This document shows, one piece after another, positions 1 through 10,214 of a stretch of 15,196 bases of DNA; position 1 is the first letter of the stretch; every line of letters begins with the position of its first letter. This stretch comes from Tubiluchus corallicola (taxonomy: Eukaryota; Animalia; Priapulida), in the NCBI GenBank assembly GCA_030141605.1, contig JAQGDQ010002094.1, forward strand, positions 1 to 15,196. The letters are read 5' to 3'. The translations under genes were made by a program, and so were the position numbers. Under the pieces are notes generated by a model. It made no database searches and had not been told where the DNA came from. It was given only the letters and a program-made list of their open reading frames with translations.

Positions 1-73
1 CTTGCGCAGTTTTTTATGCTATGTAGATTTTCTAGTTTGCCATTTTATCACCATTTTAGTCTATTGTTAATGA
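1..73 (+). mobile_element. Partial second copy of the piggyBac-type MITE
   Basis: Nearly identical to 4872-4944 (cttgcgcagttttttatgcta...ctattgtta), then diverges. Confidence 0.85.
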
Positions 74-155
74 TAGTTTTTTTATTATTTGATTGATTAA
101 TAATTGTGGGCAAAGTTGAATTCAGTAACAGCTCTCCCACCTATTTCATTGCCCA

Positions 156-250
156 CAAGGACAAGACAAGAGGCGGGATTACAGAACAGGACAAGACTGG
201 ACTGGACAGGAGAGGAGAGGACAGTACAGGGCAAGAAAGGACAGGACTGG
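156..250. repeat. Degenerate (GACAG/GACAA)n pentamer tract
   Basis: Direct reading: ggacaagacaag...ggactggacagg...ggacaggactgg. Confidence 0.8.
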
Positions 251-290
251 GGATCACTGTAAAAATGACAGGCTATTGTATTGATGAGAC

Positions 291-428
291 CTGTAAAAAT
301 GTCACTTCATCGATGAAAGCATAGTTTTCTTTTGCAACTTTATCGAATATCACATCAACTGTGGGGTTTGGCACCAAGACGATCTTTCCAGATTCCCAGA
401 TCTTTTTATACACGCCACTTTCTGCTCC
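291..428 (-). CDS. IR/iGluR-like receptor exon J (S2); gene continues left of the window
   Basis: Acceptor ttttcag; 138 nt, phase 0 to 0. GAESGVYKKIWESGK...KVAKENYAFIDEVTFLQ matches 'y.kmW' and 'yAfi.E'. The donor CAG|gtctca is weak, but a stop follows five codons later. Confidence 0.88.
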
Positions 429-960
429 CTGAAAATGAAAAAAAAATGTTAAAGTGCGAGCGTTGATGCTCTAAATTTTTCCTTTTCTCTTCTGTTTGTT
501 TATCGCCACTGGCATGCTGTATGTCAGTATCCACGATCATGTCGTGTTTTTATATGATTAATGGATAAACAATTAACATAACTAGAAAGCGTGTTTTGCC
601 AATTGTAAACCACAAATCTGAACTGCATAACAGAGGGCATAGTTGCCCCTAAATGCCAGACGCCCGCGGACGCGTTACCACTAGACTATACCGTCTATTG
701 TTGTTTTTTTACTTGTGTCTTATATTGAGGGTCTCAGAAGTCACTGTTCGTTTTATATTTGCTATATTTTTGAATAAAAATGAAAAGTAAAACGAATTAA
801 AGATACCTAAATATGAACACTAAAACTTTTGCGGATTCTTATAGGAAAAGTAGACAAAATCTGAAATGCACTACTGTGCCAACAAAAGTTTTAGTGGTCT
901 TGCTACACCATCAAACACCTCTGTTGATGATTAACACATGAATTTCAAGCATTTTCATAA

Positions 961-1725
961 TGTCCTGTCCAGTCCTGTCCAGCCCGTGCTGTCCTGTCTT
1001 GCTCTGTCCGCTCTGTTGTATCATGCGGTTATATTCTGTCCTGTCCTGTCTTGTGCAGTTCTACCCTGCTCTGTGATATAACATCGGGCCCAGTCATGTC
1101 CTTTCCTTTCCTGTCCTGTGATGCCCCGTTCTGCCCTGTTCCATTCTGTCCTGACTTGTCCATTTCTGCTCTGTCATGTTCTGTCATGTCCTGTCTTGCC
1201 AGTTCTGCTCTGCTCTGTGATATAACATCGGGCCCAGTCATGTCATTTCCTTTCCTGTCCTGTCATGCCCCGTTCTGCCCTGTTCCGTTCTGTCCTGACT
1301 TGTCCATTTCTGCTCTGTCCTGTCTTGTCCTGTCCTGTCCTGTCCTGTCCTGTCCTGTCCTGTCCTGTCCTGTCCTGTCCTGTCCTGTCCTGTCCTGGCC
1401 TGTCCCGTTTGGCTCTGTCCTGGTCTGTCATGCCCTGTCCTGTTCCGTCCTGTCCTGATTTGTCCATTTCTGCTCTGTCCTGTCCTGTCCTGTCCTGTCC
1501 TATCCTGTGAGGTCCTGTTCTAGCTTGTTCCGTTTGGCTCTGTCCTGGTCTGTCATGCCCTGTCCTGTTCCGTCCTGTCCTGATTTGTCCATTTCTGCTC
1601 TGTCCTGTCCTGTCCTGTCCTGTGAGGTCCTGTTCTAGCTTGTTCCGTTTGGCTCCGTCCTGGTCTGTCATGCCCTGTCCTGTCCTGCACTATCTTACAC
1701 CGTACTGTCTTGTCCTATCTTGCAT
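961..1725. repeat. (CTGTC)n compound microsatellite with higher-order duplications
   Basis: Pure run about 1325-1395; about 144-bp duplication (1066 vs 1210) and about 115-125-bp units (1405, 1530, 1645). Confidence 0.95.
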
Positions 1726-1883
1726 TTGTTGCTAAATAAGTTAATCGTTAAAATAAGAAACTACGAACAAAGAATTAGTTCAGTATATCAAGGTTTGCTC
1801 TAATGGATAAACATCAGTCAGTGATGGTATAATCTTAGATATGCCTCTGGGAGTTACGTATTCCTTAAAAGCAAAATGATAAC

Positions 1884-2098
1884 CTCAAATAATGCAGTTA
1901 GTGCGACGCCATTACGAAAGCCAATGGTCCTGTCAACACGAAGGAGGTCCTCCAAAACGCGAATGGGAGACTCCAGCTTCTGGACGGTCAGGACAGATAT
2001 GAGGTTGCTGGTGTAAGTAGCGAGCATGATGATGACGAACATCCACCATGATCCAACTATGACCCTAGCTGGATTGACAACTGGAATTACTGTGCTAC
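1884..2098 (-). CDS. IR/iGluR-like receptor exon I (M3, start of S2)
   Basis: Acceptor attccag, donor GAG|gttatc; 215 nt, phase 1 to 0. ARVIVGSWWMFVIIMLATYTSNLISVLTVQKLESPIRVLEDLL...IGFRNGVALTALFE. Confidence 0.95.
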
Positions 2099-2110
2099 CT
2101 GGAATTTGAT

Positions 2111-2800
<690 letters not shown>

Positions 2801-2882
2801 CCTATCGAAACTTTGTGCAATGATTCATGCATCATTTTACACATATTTACACATTTTACACGTGTCTAATTTAAATACGAAC

Positions 2883-3057
2883 CTTGTTGAACAATAGCTT
2901 TACCGACGTACCACCAACATGCTCCTAAGTGACTGTACGTCTTGGCAGAGTACCGGAAGCTCTCAGCTTCCTGATGTAGCGGCTGCTGAGACGACTTATT
3001 GAAGAGAAACAAGATTGGACCAATACTGAGCAGAGACATTAACAATGCCAACCACAC
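2883..3057 (-). CDS. IR/iGluR-like receptor exon H (M1 and M2 pore loop)
   Basis: Acceptor tttgtag, donor AAG|gttcgt; 175 nt, phase 0 to 1. VWLALLMSLLSIGPILFLF (M1) ... CWWYVGKAIVQQG (pore loop). Confidence 0.96.
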
Positions 3058-3875
3058 CTACAAAGAGGAAGAAAGGGGTATCTTATAATATTCCAAGAAC
3101 TTTCCATACAAAGTTTCCATATATTACTTAGAACCTGTTTGAAAGACTTATGTAACTGAAAACAATAATAATAATGTTTGCGCCACGTGCTAAAACGACA
3201 TGGTATCACCATCCCAGTGTGCACCACTGACTCACAAAGACTCATTATTGATCTCATTGACAATATGAAGTAATTTATACGTTTCCTTAGTTGTGATACA
3301 ATTGTGACAAAGAAAGAGTTTTGCCGTACAGTTCTGTTGCACCCGGGAAGAAATAGTTTATACGGATAAAACTCCTCGTAGCGCTGGAATTTAGCGTGAA
3401 TTTACCACAAAGCAGACTCCAATGCTGTACTCTGTAATGTATTTTTCCCCAGTAATCTTAATAAAACGTGACTATGCTCAACAGGTTACTGAACACTTTA
3501 TAATAATGATCACAGTTTTTCTTAGTTCTCGCTCCATTTCATCTTTCATTCACTGCTCCACCCACATTTATGTATATATTATCATTATTTCAATTATTAA
3601 TCACTTCTTTAAGATTTCCACGTACAGCTTGGCCTGTCAAGCTATGCTTTTAGGCTCAAACTGTACGCATCAAAATTATTCTGTAATGTAATTTGCACAT
3701 GTATATGCTGCATAAGAATCTCTTGGGTAATTTCTGGATTATATTGCATTTATATTTATATTTACTGCAGTGGAAAGTTATCTGTATTTTTATTATAACT
3801 GTAAGATGCAGTGTGGAAATAAATAAACTTAAACTTAAAATTTTGACAAGTAGGCACAACAATAGGGCTACTTAC

Positions 3876-4034
3876 ATGCTTATGAAAAGGTGTAAATATA
3901 ACGAATGCCAAGCTTTTGGGTTTGGGCCGTTGAATTAGTATAGTCGACGGTTCATTCCAGTAGGGAAACGTAAAATCCACAGCTTTCATCCTCTCCTCGT
4001 TGATTGTGAAACCTCCCACGCCCATGTCGACTTC
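3876..4034 (-). CDS. IR/iGluR-like receptor exon G (end of S1, pre-M1)
   Basis: Acceptor tttcag, donor CAT|gtaagt; 159 nt, phase 0 to 0. EVDMGVGGFTINEERMKAVDFTFPYW...FVIFTPFHKH with the conserved ligand-binding Arg and the vDFt.P motif. Confidence 0.96.
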
Positions 4035-4125
4035 CTGAAAGTTTAATCAAATCTCCTCTATTTGATTCTGCTAGTATGTAAGTCTTTACTTAGCTATACC
4101 CGCTTTGGGAGTAGGTATGCACAAC

Positions 4126-5189
4126 CAGGGGAGTAGCCAGGTTCTAAAGTTAGGGGGGAGGGCAAGTACATAAAGATAGGCGCCGTAACACATACGAAAC
4201 AATTTCTAACGATTTGATTATTCATTTTAATTTTGTATTTAAAAATAAAACTCGGGGAAGGCACAGTTTTAAAGGAGGTACATATTTGTTATTTTGTATT
4301 TAAAATTAAAACAATAATAAGTTTTAAAATAACTTCAGAAATCTTAAAACATAGCAAAAACATGTGTGTTACTGAATGAAAACATAAAAACATAAAATGA
4401 AAACAAAATGAATCATTGTGAAAAATTATCATGAAGGAATACAAGAGTCTCTTTCGTCAAGGCTTCATTCTAACAAAGTAATCTATGGCTTCATTATAAT
4501 CCATGTCATTAGCCAACTCTCTTTCAATGGAGAGCAAAGCTATCCCAGACAATCTATCCTCGCCCATTGTAGAACGACGGTAGGAATTTCATTAACCCTT
4601 TCAGTCCCAATTTATTTTTTTAATAAGAAAAAATGTTTGGCTTGGTACTTTTGTTCAGTATGTCCATCTTGTTTACACGTAATAATTATTTTTTTTCTAC
4701 CTGTGCCCCGCATGCTAAATATGGCCTGTAACCCCACGGGATACATTGGGATTCAATGGAAGCATAAAATGTGCTTCATTTTGCAACTGCTGATAATTTT
4801 TTTAAAGTATTTAAGACATTTAGTATGCATGCTATGCTGGTCTGTACAAAGTCATCTCTAAAGTACTGTACCTTGCGCAGTTTTTTATGCTACGTAGATT
4901 TTCTAGTTTGCCATTTTATCACCATTTTTAGTCTATTGTTATTGACTTAAATCAAAATAACTATTAACAGATCAAATAACTGTCATTTTTAAAATTTTAT
5001 TAATTTTAAAAGCAGAAAATATTCTCGTATCCCACGGATACAACGGGTATGAAAGGGTTAAAGGATTGAAGGATCGTTCAGCAACCGCACAAGCGGACTA
5101 AAAAATTGTTCAAAAGGCGCCCATTTTTAAAAAAAAATGTGCTAGGTGGAGCGGTTGCTCCCCTTGCTCTCCATTTAGCTACGGCACTG
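4126..5189 (-). mobile_element. Internally deleted hAT DNA transposon
   Basis: Imperfect TIRs CAGGGGAGTAGCCA (4126-4139) and TAGCTACGGCACTG (5176-5189). Degenerate 8-bp TSD tgcacaac/gccacaac. Minus-strand remnant of the hAT C-terminal dimerisation domain: AERSF (about 5082-5068), then SYRRSTMGEDRLSGIALLSIERELANDMDYNEAIDYFVRMKP*RKR (about 4585-4448). Confidence 0.88.
4596..5057. mobile_element. piggyBac-type MITE nested in the hAT remnant
   Basis: TTAA on both sides (4592-4595, 5058-5061); termini CCCTTTCAGTCCC and GGGTATGAAAGGG (11/13 complementary); subterminal repeat cccacgg(g)ataca at 4733 and 5031. Confidence 0.88.
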
Positions 5190-5476
5190 GCCACAACTTT
5201 AGAGGACTCGAAAATTTAGGAGAAATTTACCATTGAACAAGTACAGCATTACATTAAGCTCTGTTACAAGGGGAAGAAACAAAGAGGCGGGCAGCTGATC
5301 ACATATTTAGATGTTCTGGAGAGAGACTTATTAAATACTCCACTTGACTTAAACAACCTAGATACAAGGCACGTGACAGCAGATCGGGGAACATGGCATC
5401 AAAATGTGGGACCACTTCGGAAATAGCTAATAGTTTTGTAATTGTAGGTTATAGTGTTATCCACGTTAATTAAAGA

Positions 5477-5698
<222 letters not shown>

Positions 5699-5746
5699 TA
5701 TGAGTGGTGCTATATTGCAAAACGAAAGCACGTAAATATGACCTAC

Positions 5747-5837
5747 CCGTCTTTCTATCATTCCGATCATACCATTGAACGATCCATTTGCTGTTGGCAC
5801 CCCCCAGATCTTGTCACCTCTAGTTATGACATCATAA
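5747..5837 (-). CDS. IR/iGluR-like receptor exon F (S1)
   Basis: Acceptor tctgcag, donor CGG|gtaggt; 91 nt, phase 2 to 0. YDVITRGDKIWGVPTANGSFNGMIGMIERR matches the 'G.wnGmiG.l' motif. Confidence 0.95.
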
Positions 5838-6099
5838 CTGCAGACATAATTTAAATCTATTAAGCTGCGGAAGGTTTTCTATAAAAATATAAATTCACAA
5901 CAATGAAGTTAGTAACTTTGCTTTATTCTCAAGGAAGAATAACTCCCCCTTACGAAACTCAACTGTGTTCACACGTGCAAATAGCAACAGATTTTAGAAA
6001 GCATGTGAACGTACCATAAATTCCTAGATTTTCAGAAAGCAATTATGAGAGAATCGAAGGGAATAATCGAGTGGCGTTTGGGTGTGTGCTTAAAAACAC

Positions 6100-6265
6100 T
6101 GCAGAAGCTGGTGGCTGGTCAGTAACTGGATGAGTGACTGCCACACCATACTGATTATGGCCACTCATCTCCTTGAGACAGCAAGTGTTCACATACGAAC
6201 ATGGCTTCAGTACCTCATGTTAAAGGATTAACCTTAACAGGTTCCGGTCCCACCACCAGTGCCGG
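6100..6265 (+). mobile_element. Degenerate SINE-like repeat with 5S rRNA box C-like segment, copy 1
   Basis: ggctggtcagtaactggatgagtgactgcc (6113-6142) resembles 5S GGCCTGGTTAGTACTTGGATGGGAGACCGCC; the 3' part ttaaaggatt...ggttccggtcccaccacca recurs inverted near 11877-11926. Confidence 0.5.
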
Positions 6266-6293
6266 TTTCTTTTTTGCACAGTAAGCTACTTAC

Positions 6294-6406
6294 GTAAAGT
6301 TAAGACGACGAGCTAGTTCATCAAGTAAGTCAAACGACAACCCTGTGTAAACTGGTCGCAGCACCCCGGAAATGTTTGTGTAGTTCCGTAACTGCCACGG
6401 TGCATT
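6294..6406 (-). CDS. IR/iGluR-like receptor exon E (S1)
   Basis: Acceptor ttctgcag, donor AC|gtaagt; 113 nt, phase 0 to 2. NAPWQLRNYTNISGVLRPVYTGLSFDLLDELARRLNF(T); N.PWQ and YxGLxFD..xEL...LNFTY recall IR93a-type S1. Not in the ORF track. Confidence 0.93.
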
Positions 6407-6590
6407 CTGCAGAAAAAACGATAAAAAGCAATAAAAAGTGCAATCGTTTCTTTTGGTGTCATCTAATAATTTTTTGCTGAGGTTACCTATAACACAGTTT
6501 TGCTTTATACAAGATGCTGCCGTGTGCAGACAAATTGTTGCACACAGATTTTTTTACCGTGTGCAACTAGTATAATAGAGCAAATACTAA

Positions 6591-7276
6591 GCGTGCGTCC
6601 AGACTAGCGACTTTTCTCGGTAAGGTTAACTCTCGAAGTAACTCAGACTGTTCAGACTAGACAGCAAAACTTGCTGTGGGTTACTCTGCGACAATAAGCA
6701 TGTGCTGAAACTCACTTCTCTACTCATTGCTAGCAGTGTCCAAGTAACTCGTCAAGTAACTCACAAGCATGTGTAGACCAGCCAACAAAACTTGCTGCAA
6801 GTTACTCATCAACAGTAAGCACGAGCTGACACTCACTTCGCTGGTCACTCGCCGAGGCGTTCACACTAGACAGTAAATTAACTCGCAGCAACTGCCAGAG
6901 AGTTTGCAATTTCTTGCCGACAGTAACTCGCAAAGCGGTTCACATTTGCAGGTTTTGCTTTGAAGGTAAAAAATTGCCACAGAAAACTGTAGTTTGAACG
7001 CGCCATTACTCTCAATACTTCTAGCACTGAATAGAGAAGTGAGGGTCAGCTCGCGCTTACTGTCAGAGAGTAACTAGCAAACAAGTTTTTCTCCTAGTCT
7101 GAACATGTTTGCAAGTTACTTGGTGAGTTACTTTCCACACTGCTATCAGTGAACAAAGAAGTGAGTATCAGCTCATTCATGCTTACTGTCGGAGAGTAAC
7201 TCCCAGCAAGCTTTGCTGTCTAGTCTGAACACACTTGCGAGTAACTATGCTAGTTAACTTGGCTAGTCTGAACGCA
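6591..7276. mobile_element. Fold-back MITE-like element (possibly PIF/Harbinger-related)
   Basis: Arms of about 250 bp (6594-6850 and 7021-7276) are imperfect reverse complements, each with about 120-bp subrepeats. GTTCAGACTAG-like motif at 6597, 6650, 6859 and inverted at 7094, 7220, 7263. TAA precedes the left end. Confidence 0.75.
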
Positions 7277-7318
7277 AGAGAATGCGAATATCTAACAAAA
7301 CAAGTGAACGCCACTTAC

Positions 7319-7537
7319 ATCAAACACGGATACAACCTTGAGCCTTCTACCATTGAAATCTGATTCCAGGGCGTTGCTGAACACACTACCTGTTTTTGTG
7401 TAAAGTCCGTTTGACGATGACCAATGACCAACCTCCAGAAGTTCTTGACTTCCGTTGCTCGAGGTAAACAGACTTTTGATGTCTAGCACCTCTTCTGTGG
7501 CTGAGAACTGATGCTGAGGATTATCGCAGCAGTTCTG
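7319..7537 (-). CDS. IR/iGluR-like receptor exon D (end of ATD, start of S1)
   Basis: Acceptor aattgcag (tandem CAGCAG), donor GAT|gtaagt; 219 nt, phase 0 to 0. QNCCDNPQ...LLEVGHWSSSNGL...VFSNALESDFNGRRLKVVSVFD. Confidence 0.9.
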
Positions 7538-7663
7538 CTGCAATTAAGAGTTAATGAATAATATGTCTGATAATGATAAATAGCATTCAATTACTGGAGC
7601 GTTAGTTAAGCGATTTTAGACAAGCTTGCGTTGCGTGTCCTTGATTTCAGAATTACTCCACCA

Positions 7664-7789
7664 GACGTCGCGTATAAAATGACCCATTCCTCTCATGGGT
7701 GTGACTGATTTTATATTGGACAGACAACAAGACAACTTCAGTTTAGAATTAATGAGTATACTAAACTTGATAGTTTCGTGTGAAAATAA
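7664..7789 (+). mobile_element. Penelope-like element GIY-YIG endonuclease remnant
   Basis: DVAYKMTHSSHGCD*FYIGQTTRQLQFRINEYTKLDSFV*K resembles 'vvYkitC..C...YIGqT.R.L..Ri.EH'; in-frame stops. Confidence 0.75.
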
Positions 7790-7818
7790 ATACACCAACG
7801 ATGATGATGCAGAACCTG

Positions 7819-8380
7819 ATAAGGTAAGATAAGGTCAGGAAAGATAATTTAAGGTAAGATCATTTAAGGTAAGTTCAGGTAAGTTAAGGTAAGGTAAGGT
7901 AAGGTAAGGTAAGGTAAGGTAAGGTAAGGTAAGGTAAGATCATTTAAGGTAAGGTCAGGTAAGTTAAGGTAAGGTAAGGTAAGGGAAGATAAGGTAAGGT
8001 AAGGTCAGGAAAGTTAAGTTAAGGTAAGGTAAGATCATTTAAGGTAAGGTCAGGAAAGTTAAGTTTAGTTAAGGTAAGGTAAGATCATTTAAGGTAAGGT
8101 CAGGTAAGTTGAGGTAAGGTAAGGTAGGGTAAGGCAATACAAGACAAGGCAAGGCAAGACAGGACAATACAGGACAGGACAAGACAGGACGGGACGGGAC
8201 GGGACGGGACGGGACGGGACAGGACGGGACGGGACAGGACAGGACAGGACATTACAGCACAGCACAGGACAGGACAGGACAAGACAAGACAAGACAAGAC
8301 AAGACAAGACAAGACAAGACAAGACAAGACAAGACAAGACAAGACAAGAAATGACGAGACAAAACAAGACAAGACAAAAC
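7819..8380. repeat. Compound pentamer array (AAGGT)n-(AAGGC)-(AGGAC)-(GGGAC)-(AAGAC)n
   Basis: Direct reading; the block aagatcatttaaggtaag recurs four times. Confidence 0.97.
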
Positions 8381-8439
8381 AAATAAAGATGAGGTAATAT
8401 AAGATGGACTTCTTAGCTTATATGCAAATTACTACATCC

Positions 8440-9280
8440 CTGTTTCTGACGTTCATTAGACGTTTTAATACCACCCTGGGGCTAAAATCATTAAGATACC
8501 AAACCACAAAACTCTGGAATTCTTTAGACACTCAAATTACGACCTCAACCATTCTTAACATATTAAGAAAAGATATAAAAAGGAATTGCTGTTGACTTAT
8601 ACTACTTAATGTAAACATAATTTTTGTCAAAAATTTGTACTGCATACAGCATTTTTGTTTACGAAAATTTCTATTCATTTTGTTCATTTGTGTTGTTTTG
8701 CTCATATTTGTTCATTTTGTGTTGTTTTGCTTAAATATTAATGAATGTGTTACGTTTTGATTTTTTTTTTGGTTTCAATGGTTATTTCGAGTTGTTTCAT
8801 TTAATATGATTTTGTTTTGTTCCATAATTTATTGCATAATTTTGAACCATCACGCATTTATTGATTTCCATAATTCTTGCATATAAATGTGCGTGCCGCT
8901 TTATTGCTTGAAATTATATTACATCATCAATTCTGGTTTTGCGTTACTTTTGTTAACGTTTAATTGTACTTTTGTTTATTTTTCAGTTCTCCTATTGTGA
9001 AACAATCATTATTTTACCATGTCCAAGTGTTTATCATCTTTATAGATGTTAAGAAATGAATTTCATAACCATTCGCTCATCCCGCCATGTATGAAAACTA
9101 CAGAATTTCTAACATAAGGGTGGCTGACTTAGTTGACCATATGGTGGTTCGCCACCCTTTCTCCACACTACTTTGTTCTTGTATTTCCTTCGTCACTAAA
9201 AATAGTTTTCATTGTACTAAATTTAAAAATATCTAAATGTTTCCGTGTACTGTTAAACTTGCAGAAGATAAATAAATATA
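8440..9280 (+). mobile_element. 5'-truncated CR1/L2-group LINE (ORF2 C-terminus and 3' UTR)
   Basis: FNTTLGLKSLRYQTTKLWNSLDTQITTS matches the ORF2 end motif 't..G.kSf.y.g.kLWNsLp..i'. T-rich UTR, stem-loop 9116-9159, AATAAA at 9271, then a (TCTTG)n tail. Confidence 0.8.
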
Positions 9281-9890
9281 TCTTGTCTTGTCTTATCTTG
9301 TCTTGTCTTGTCTTGTCTTGTCTTGTTATGTCTTGTCTTGCCTTGCCTTGCCTTGCCTTGCCTTGTCTTGTCTTGTCTTGTCTTGTCTTGTCTTGTCTTG
9401 TCTTGTCTTGTCTTGTCTTGTCTTGTCTTGTCTTGTCTTGTCTTGTCTTGTCTTGTCTTGTCTTGTCTTGTCTTGTCTTGTCTTGTCTTGTCTTGTCTTG
9501 TCTTGTCTTGCTTTGTCTTGTCTTGTCTTGTCTTGTCTTGTCTTAGCTTAGCTTATCTTACCTTATCTTATCTTATCTTATCTTATCTTATCTTATCTTA
9601 TCTTATCTTATCTTATCTTATCTTATCTTATCTTATCTTATCTTATCTTATCTTATCTTATCTTATCTTATCTTATCTTATCATATCTTATCTTATCTTA
9701 GCTTAGCTTAGCTCAGCTCATCTCATCTCATCTCACCTCACCTCACCTTATCTCATCTCATCTCACCTCACCTCACCTTATCTCATCTCATCTCGTCTCA
9801 TCTCGTCTTATCTTATAGGATAGGATAGGTTGAGATGAGGTGAGGTGAGATGAGGTGAGGTGAGATGAAATGAGATGAGATGAGATGAGT
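9281..9890. repeat. Compound pentamer array (TCTTG)n-(TCTTA)n-(TCTCA/CCTCA)n, then inverted (TGAGA/TGAGG)n
   Basis: Direct reading; strand switch near 9815-9830. Confidence 0.97.
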
Positions 9891-10214
9891 TAAGAAAAGA
9901 CAAGATAAAATCAGCATTAAAACTTTAGGCCTATTAGGCATACAGTCATCATCAACCGACATAATTCTACAGTAACAAAACAGAATGATTTTAGATTTTT
10001 GTAACAAAGTTTGTCCTGTTAGGTCGCTACCTACTTTGTTACTTCAATGTAGAGCCATTATGTTCTGTTACGGTACATTTAACTTAGCTGTTTGCCTAGT
10101 AGGCCAAAAAACCGCATCGTAATCGTTGGTGTTCTTATTTTTATTACAGACCAGTTTAGATGAAAATTAAATTAGGTAAACGTTTTCAGTGTGATTATGT
10201 TGTAAATAACAAAC

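Noticed and set aside
580-700. Possible Helitron/Helentron-like piece (aactagaaa start, gggca/tgccc hairpin)
   Set aside because: Only short motifs, no second copy in the window.
1029-1671. Four ORFs with CPVLS/GQDRT repeats
   Set aside because: Translations of the (CTGTC)n tract on both strands; intronic.
4418-4861. 147-aa plus-strand ORF
   Set aside because: Antisense to the hAT remnant and runs into the MITE; no recognisable protein.
6591-7276. CRISPR-like array suggested by recurring GTTCAGACTAG
   Set aside because: Eukaryotic intron, short motif, spacers are themselves repeated and inverted, no cas genes.
7616-7815. Candidate missing ATD exon on the minus strand (acceptor ttatcag at 7816)
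   Set aside because: The phase-0 frame stops early, the open frame is phase-incompatible and lacks ATD motifs, and the plus strand is a Penelope remnant.
8089-9706. CLVLS/SYLIL repeat ORFs
   Set aside because: Translations of pentamer microsatellites.
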